Source of the DNA: Sumerlaeia bacterium
GTDB lineage: Bacteria > Sumerlaeota > Sumerlaeia > SLMS01 > JAHLLQ01
Reading direction: 5' to 3'
Assembly: GCA_040219255.1 (NCBI GenBank)
Contig: JAVJSW010000014.1
Coordinates: forward strand, 1-59,279
Length of the DNA stretch: 59,279 nt
Within the stretch, counting starts at the first letter, position 1. Every line of letters begins with the position of its first letter. Below the pieces are notes generated by a model, which saw only the letters and a program-made list of their open reading frames with translations, searched no databases and was not told the DNA's origin. Position numbers and translations under genes: made by a program. Positions 54,507-59,279 of the stretch are shown piece after piece.

Positions 54507-56145
54507 GGGATTCTTCTCCTCTTCCCAATTTTTCAAAGCGGTTATAGTTGCCTAGACCTGCTGACTGAGCTGATGGCGTTCTCAGCAAAGAGAATAAGGC
54601 AATCATATCGGCGCAGGTGGATGGGAGATCGTGGTCTTGACCAAGCGACTTCGCAGGGGCTGAGGAGGTTGATGGACTTCCTCCATAATGACGTGACTTA
54701 CCAACACTCGCCAAATAATCTGAAAATTCTCTCTGCTCCCCAGTCTCAGTAAACAGAGGTGTCTCTTCGCCTTCACGTGCATCCAGCACCCGAAAGGCTA
54801 CTCTTGCTTTCTTGGCCGCTACTTCCCAAGGTTTGCTAATCCACTTGGCAACTTCTGCAGTAGCTTTCCGAAAATTCCGTTTCCCCTTTCGTACCATTCC
54901 TTCCGAGGCATCAATCATGAGTGATTTTTGCAGAACATCACCACATCTGGTCCGGATAAGCCATGAGGTCATTTGCTTCCAGAGTTTGTTGAAGTAATTG
55001 ACTGACTTCCCCGAATACTTATCGCGGAATGCATCGACAATCTGTTGTGATTCAGTCACTCCAGAAAACGTTTCAAGGAATTCGAGCAACTTGGGGCTCA
55101 TCTCAGCTTCTGGGACCAAGCCCAAATCCTGTTCGAGCTTCTCCGTCCCGATGACCTGCAGATCGTCAAGTTGCTTGAACGAGAATCGGCCTGCCTTGGC
55201 AATTTTATTGAGACCTTTGCTGTTGAGCCTGATTTCAACGCGTGTCACGTCGCCTCGAAGTTCAGAGTCAACTGAGCAGAACTCAAATCCTCTCGCCTCC
55301 AACTGTTGCCTTTTCGAGTAAAAGACGATTGAATAATCCGATCCAGGCATTGTCAGCGTTGGTATATTCTTCCATTCGGGTTTATCGCCACTTGTATTGG
55401 CCTTTAAGTTGCCGACATGACAGTTGGCCTTACGCTTTCGATTGCGGCGCATGTACCCATAGCATTCGGTGATTTCTGAATCAGATGTCTGCACCTGTGT
55501 AAAAATGTCGAGCCGCGTGATCTCTCGATTCTGAAGAGACCAATCTCTCGGAGCAAATCCGGCTTCCTGGAGTATGCTTTCCACACAGTGAAATGCGTCA
55601 TCAAGCTCCTCCTGCGAGGTGATCATCTGGCCATTATGCCCAAACAGTACTCTAGGCAGCTCAGCTTCGCAGTAGGAGTAAAACGTGCCTGTCTTCGGCT
55701 GGTAAATGCAATAGATACGCAAGCCTGAGGAGGCCTGATGACGGTACTCTCTTTGGCGCCCTTTTCTCTTACTTTGCCATCCAGGGGGACAGTGGTGGCT
55801 ATCCTCTTTCACAAAGGGGAAAATGAACCGGACTGTATCGGGTGAAAAGGTGAGTTTCGATGAGAAATCGGATGTAACAGGCATCTTGCTGGGCCTTCTC
55901 TTGAATTTCATAGAGAATAAGGCCTGGACTTCATGTGCTTTCAGCCACCCTTCGATAGTCTCGACGTCGAGACTGCCATCTTGAGGGAAAAAGTGCTGGG
56001 CGACGAACCATCGACTGTTCTTGAATATCGGATCTGTTCGAGAAAGGAGGCCCATAGCGCCAAGCTTCGAGAAGCTGCACTCCATATACGAGAGCCTCCA
56101 TCTCAATTCGATTGGCTTTGAAGCGTATTGCTCGCCCTGGGTCAC
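54295..56145 (-). CDS. Phage/plasmid rolling-circle replication initiator (gene II/X, CRI-like); true start possibly 55911
   Basis: ELPRVLFGHN, ITRLDI, IVFYSK, VTRVEIRL motifs in the expected order. Confidence 0.7.
   Translation of the reverse strand: MTQGEQYASKPIELRWRLSYMECSFSKLGAMGLLSRTDPIFKNSRWFVAQHFFPQDGSLDVETIEGWLKAHEVQALFSMKFKRRPSKMPVTSDFSSKLTFSPDTVRFIFPFVKEDSHHCPPGWQSKRKGRQREYRHQASSGLRIYCIYQPKTGTFYSYCEAELPRVLFGHNGQMITSQEELDDAFHCVESILQEAGFAPRDWSLQNREITRLDIFTQVQTSDSEITECYGYMRRNRKRKANCHVGNLKANTSGDKPEWKNIPTLTMPGSDYSIVFYSKRQQLEARGFEFCSVDSELRGDVTRVEIRLNSKGLNKIAKAGRFSFKQLDDLQVIGTEKLEQDLGLVPEAEMSPKLLEFLETFSGVTESQQIVDAFRDKYSGKSVNYFNKLWKQMTSWLIRTRCGDVLQKSLMIDASEGMVRKGKRNFRKATAEVAKWISKPWEVAAKKARVAFRVLDAREGEETPLFTETGEQREFSDYLASVGKSRHYGGSPSTSSAPAKSLGQDHDLPSTCADMIALFSLLRTPSAQSAGLGNYNRFEKLGRGEESHDRMWHFRRQRAHSRHSDPSEWPISMQGYYQDFLRPHYARTEKARSGLCRRILPGENSAPGNRRRRKRTI
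55957..55974. promoter_or_regulatory. Perfect palindrome AGTCTCGACGTCGAGACT (copy 1)
   Basis: Exact 18-bp palindrome; core repeated at 56590 and 57307. Confidence 0.75.
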
Positions 56146-56589
56146 TGGGAAGACACTTCGGTCAGGCCCCGGTCAGCAGGGACCTCAACGCACTTTCAAG
56201 TGTGTAGAAAGCGCGGGATCATTCTCACTAAACATCGGTCAACACTGCGGCCGATTCGGCAAGACACATGCTGTTTGCGAGCTCTTCAGTCATAGCGGTT
56301 CACTGCAGGTACTTTGCTCTCATGCCTTCCACTATCATCTAGCGACTGTAGATAAGGTCTATACTTGATTGAGTTCGCGTTGCGCGCCAGTGAGCCCTTG
56401 CCAATAGCAGAATGGGGAAAACCGGCCGGAAACCGCCATGAGACTGCAACTATCCTGCTCCCACAATCAGTTTTGTCAGGCAACCCATCCGCGTTCGCCT
56501 TGACCGTTAAAGACCACCAAAGAAACTTGACTCTCGAATCAACCGAGTGAAGGCTCTCGAATCTGCCCTGTAGAATCGGGAGTCAACAG

Positions 56590-56607
56590 AGTCTCGACGT
56601 CGAGACT
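56590..56607. promoter_or_regulatory. Perfect palindrome AGTCTCGACGTCGAGACT (copy 2)
   Basis: Exact copy in the Rep/PolA-like intergenic region. Confidence 0.75.
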
Positions 56608-57306
56608 GCAGGAATTTACAGAGAGCGGAGCATGTAGCTTGTCTTTCTATCGGAGTTTGGGCACGGTAGCGAAGAATCTGAAGTTCTTTAGAGCGAATAA
56701 CATTGCAATAATACATAAGAATTGGGACCGTTCAAAGGAAGACCTAGGTTCACCTTTCCGTAGGTAGAGGGTGAAACGGACGAAAGTCGGCCTCACTGTA
56801 CTCTTCAAGAGCGAAGTAGTTCAAATTCGCAACTCAGAGTTTTTCTATTCGTCGTCTCTCTGCGGTTATCATCGTCAGCCATGCACTCACGGCCAGTCGC
56901 CCGCCCTGCTCACCGCCCACCCACAATCAGTCATGCCCAGCACAGCCCGGACCGCCCATTGCCCAGAACCCGTTATTGATAGCATTCCATCTGCTTGCAT
57001 CAAGGGGAGGCCTCTTTTTTGGCTAGGTGCCATCGCCGTGCCAGGCGACTAGGTGTACAAGCCCCCCACCCTCGAAATCGAGCCTTTGGTTTTTTATGGC
57101 ATTCAATAGTGGCCGAGACGTTTCTGGACTTTTTTTCAAACTGGCCAAATCGAATTTTTCTCTTCGCGGGTCTTTGCCAATCAGGCTATCCCCTACTCCT
57201 CACGATCCATGTCCTCCCTTCCTGCCGGTATTCAAGACGATAGCTTAGTCCGAAGATCTCGGCTTTTTCAGGGAATCGTCTGCATATCGAGACTTGACCC
57301 TCGGTA

Positions 57307-57322
57307 GTCTCGACGTCGAGAC
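57307..57322. promoter_or_regulatory. Perfect palindrome GTCTCGACGTCGAGAC (copy 3)
   Basis: 16-bp core 20 bp upstream of the PolA-like ORF; extra half-site tcgagact at 57287-57294. Confidence 0.75.
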
Positions 57323-57342
57323 AAGTAGCCAATAGTCCTCGT

Positions 57343-59142
57343 GTGGCACTTTGGGCACGCCTCAAAGCCTTCGCAGGCGGTTCGCCTTTCACAAAGCCCA
57401 AGTCGATGGCTGGATTCTCCCTCCAAATCATCAGCCAGCGTTATACGCCCTGCATTAGGCTGCACAATTCTGGGAGAAGAGGAAGATCAACCTGTTTGGA
57501 TTCAGCTATGCGTGAGGCTCCTCAAAGTGGGAAAATGGTTGGTTGGAAAATCCCCAAGAACAGCCCCATCCCGGACGCCTTCCCCGTTCCCGTAGCGACC
57601 GCGAGGATCCTCCTTGGGCGAATGCCTGTCCTATCCGCGGAAGGCCCCCTCAATCGCTCAGAGAGAAGGTTCTTGTTCTGCGTGGCCTTCTCTCAGTTTT
57701 CCTTCTTCCCTCGAAGTCCTGAGAACACCACCCTCTCTATACCTTACCAGCAATATGGGCGAGGGCTTCGAAGCAAGCTTTCACGATTGAGAAGGATGGG
57801 ATTGCTGGAGTTGTCGGACTACGTTCCTCCAGCTGATGGAATAGAGGGAAGGTGTACCGAAGCATGGTGTAGCAATCAAGTGATCGAAAGTTTTCGAATT
57901 GCTTTTGAAGTCTTCTTGGACCGGGCCGAAACTGCTGAGATCTTCGTCGATCTTCTTGATTGCGGGAACTGGATTCACACTCCGCCCAGGATAAAGCACA
58001 AGCCAGGAGATCGACCATCATCTTACAATGACAAACCCCTGTTGAGGGAGGTGCTTCGATTCTGGCAAGATGTTGGAGGCATTGCCAATGCCGATCAAAT
58101 TACACGATGGCTGGACCGATCGCGGGAGGAGATTTCGGAGCTCAAGCGAGAGGGGAAACCCGAGGCAGCTGAGGCGCGCCGGGCCAAATATCTCGGCGAT
58201 CTATGCCAAGCCTATCAAATTCAGGTCCAGATGACCCGTAGATCGGGGCACGAGATCCACTATAGACACAGCCACCGCGTCCAGTCGTCCGGAAGGTTGT
58301 ACGAACCCGGTCTGCAGGCCTGCTCAAATCTTATGAAGGACTTTGCCTTCTCTTTGAGCGATCGGGAAATTTACAACTACGATCTCAAGGATTCGCAGTT
58401 GCGTATCCTGTTGCGGGTCATCGATATCGTCAATAGTCTGTCGCCAGGCGAGACCTCGAAAATCGACAAGAGCGTTCTTCAAGAGTATCTCGAAAGAGAC
58501 CGGAGTGAGCATATGCAGGCCGCAGGTCTGAATCCCGACTTTCGCAAAGACGTCAAACTCTACAAGAGAGTCGTCACAAGCCTGCAATTTGGCGCTCCCC
58601 TTCCTGGGCGTTTTTCGGTCGATGTCCCGTCCATTCAGGATCTCAGAAAAGGAAGAACCTCGGCAATCACTTCGGCAATTCTGCTCCACTCAAACCGGCG
58701 TACTTGGCGGGCGATAGAAATCTGGAAGGATTTGAAGCCAATCGTTGAGCCCTTGGCCAGAACCGTCTTCAAGCCGCTTCGCGCCGCTTTGAGAAAAGAA
58801 CTACCCAGGTATCGCAATGAGGAGTTCGACGTATTGCTTCAGGTCAAAAGCGGCCGAGGTGGCAAGGTCGTAAGAAACGCCTGTGGCTGCACGATGCGGA
58901 TTTCGAACAATTCCCTGAGCGCCGCAGAGGGCCGGCGTGTTCTCGCCTTCTTGACCCAAGGGGCCGAGGCAGCCCTTATCCACGGCATTACGCTCCATTG
59001 CGCGGAGCTCGATGGCGTCTCTCCGCTCTCCAACCAACACGACGGACTGGTCACCGACGGCGAGATTCCTGAGGATGTCATTGCGGAAGAGGCTCAGCGC
59101 CTTGGGCTGGAAGAGGTTGTTTTGCGGCACAAGGGGTTCTAG
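57343..59142 (+). CDS. Divergent family-A polymerase-like protein without recognisable exonuclease domain (start uncertain)
   Basis: SSGRLY...LQ, motif A YDLKDSQLRIL, motif B YKRVVTSLQFGA, TQGAEA, motif C NQHDGLV. Confidence 0.7.
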   Translation: MALWARLKAFAGGSPFTKPKSMAGFSLQIISQRYTPCIRLHNSGRRGRSTCLDSAMREAPQSGKMVGWKIPKNSPIPDAFPVPVATARILLGRMPVLSAEGPLNRSERRFLFCVAFSQFSFFPRSPENTTLSIPYQQYGRGLRSKLSRLRRMGLLELSDYVPPADGIEGRCTEAWCSNQVIESFRIAFEVFLDRAETAEIFVDLLDCGNWIHTPPRIKHKPGDRPSSYNDKPLLREVLRFWQDVGGIANADQITRWLDRSREEISELKREGKPEAAEARRAKYLGDLCQAYQIQVQMTRRSGHEIHYRHSHRVQSSGRLYEPGLQACSNLMKDFAFSLSDREIYNYDLKDSQLRILLRVIDIVNSLSPGETSKIDKSVLQEYLERDRSEHMQAAGLNPDFRKDVKLYKRVVTSLQFGAPLPGRFSVDVPSIQDLRKGRTSAITSAILLHSNRRTWRAIEIWKDLKPIVEPLARTVFKPLRAALRKELPRYRNEEFDVLLQVKSGRGGKVVRNACGCTMRISNNSLSAAEGRRVLAFLTQGAEAALIHGITLHCAELDGVSPLSNQHDGLVTDGEIPEDVIAEEAQRLGLEEVVLRHKGF

Positions 59143-59279
59143 GCTTTGTCTGACAAAAGGATTTTGAGGAAAGTGAGGACGAATGCGAGCTGAATCATGG
59201 CGACGAAATTGGCGCCCAGCTTTTCGTACCTGGTTGCGATGCGGCGGTTCTCTTTGAGGTGTCCGTTGCGGCGCTCGAC
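59139..59279 (-). mobile_element. 3' end of an IS5-family transposase and IS terminus
   Basis: VERRNGHLKENRRIATRYEKLGANFVAMIQLA...SDKA*; the stop lies in a CTAG shared with the PolA-like stop. Confidence 0.85.

Larger units (their letters stand above)
52731..59142. mobile_element. Integrative element at tRNA-Arg(ACG); distal end not in window
   Basis: Integrase next to the tRNA 3' end, visible GC drop, Xis-like, Rep-like and PolA-like genes. Confidence 0.85.

Overview
High-GC bacterial window, probably a whole contig. Inference: Sumerlaeota/BRC1-like, from the pilin N-terminus PNFLEAQVRSKVSRVKADMRS and a recurring C-terminal SVxxWxxY motif. It opens with a 115-bp fold-back that cuts off the end of atpA. 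It then carries the F0F1 operon (atpZ-I-B-E-F-H-A), rnhB, HU, thiD (in-frame amber stop), a LysM L,D-transpeptidase, a CHASE2 adenylate cyclase, msrA, hppA, namZ, a tandem ThyX, valS, a serpin lipoprotein, a 1625-aa surface protein, a multidomain DacB, an ABC exporter and a Ser/Thr kinase. It ends with tRNA-Arg(ACG) followed by a lower-GC integrative element and the tip of an IS5-family element. Most notable: (1) three unrelated secreted proteins end in S-[VL]-x-x-W-x-x-[YF], a candidate sorting signal. One is paired with pilin-like genes across two Fur-like boxes, and another is a GspG-like head lacking a prepilin leader. (2) The tRNA-Arg element combines a tyrosine integrase, a gpII/X-type rolling-circle Rep and a minimal family-A-polymerase-like protein, with three copies of a perfect 16-bp palindrome. 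(3) A full-length two-SIS bacterial homolog of vertebrate glucokinase regulatory protein keeps MurQ catalytic motifs. (4) The thiD 3' end is duplicated, inverted, about 29.5 kb away. (5) Several dispersed non-coding repeat families, including a ~304-bp element. All family assignments come from motif recognition by eye; no searches were run.
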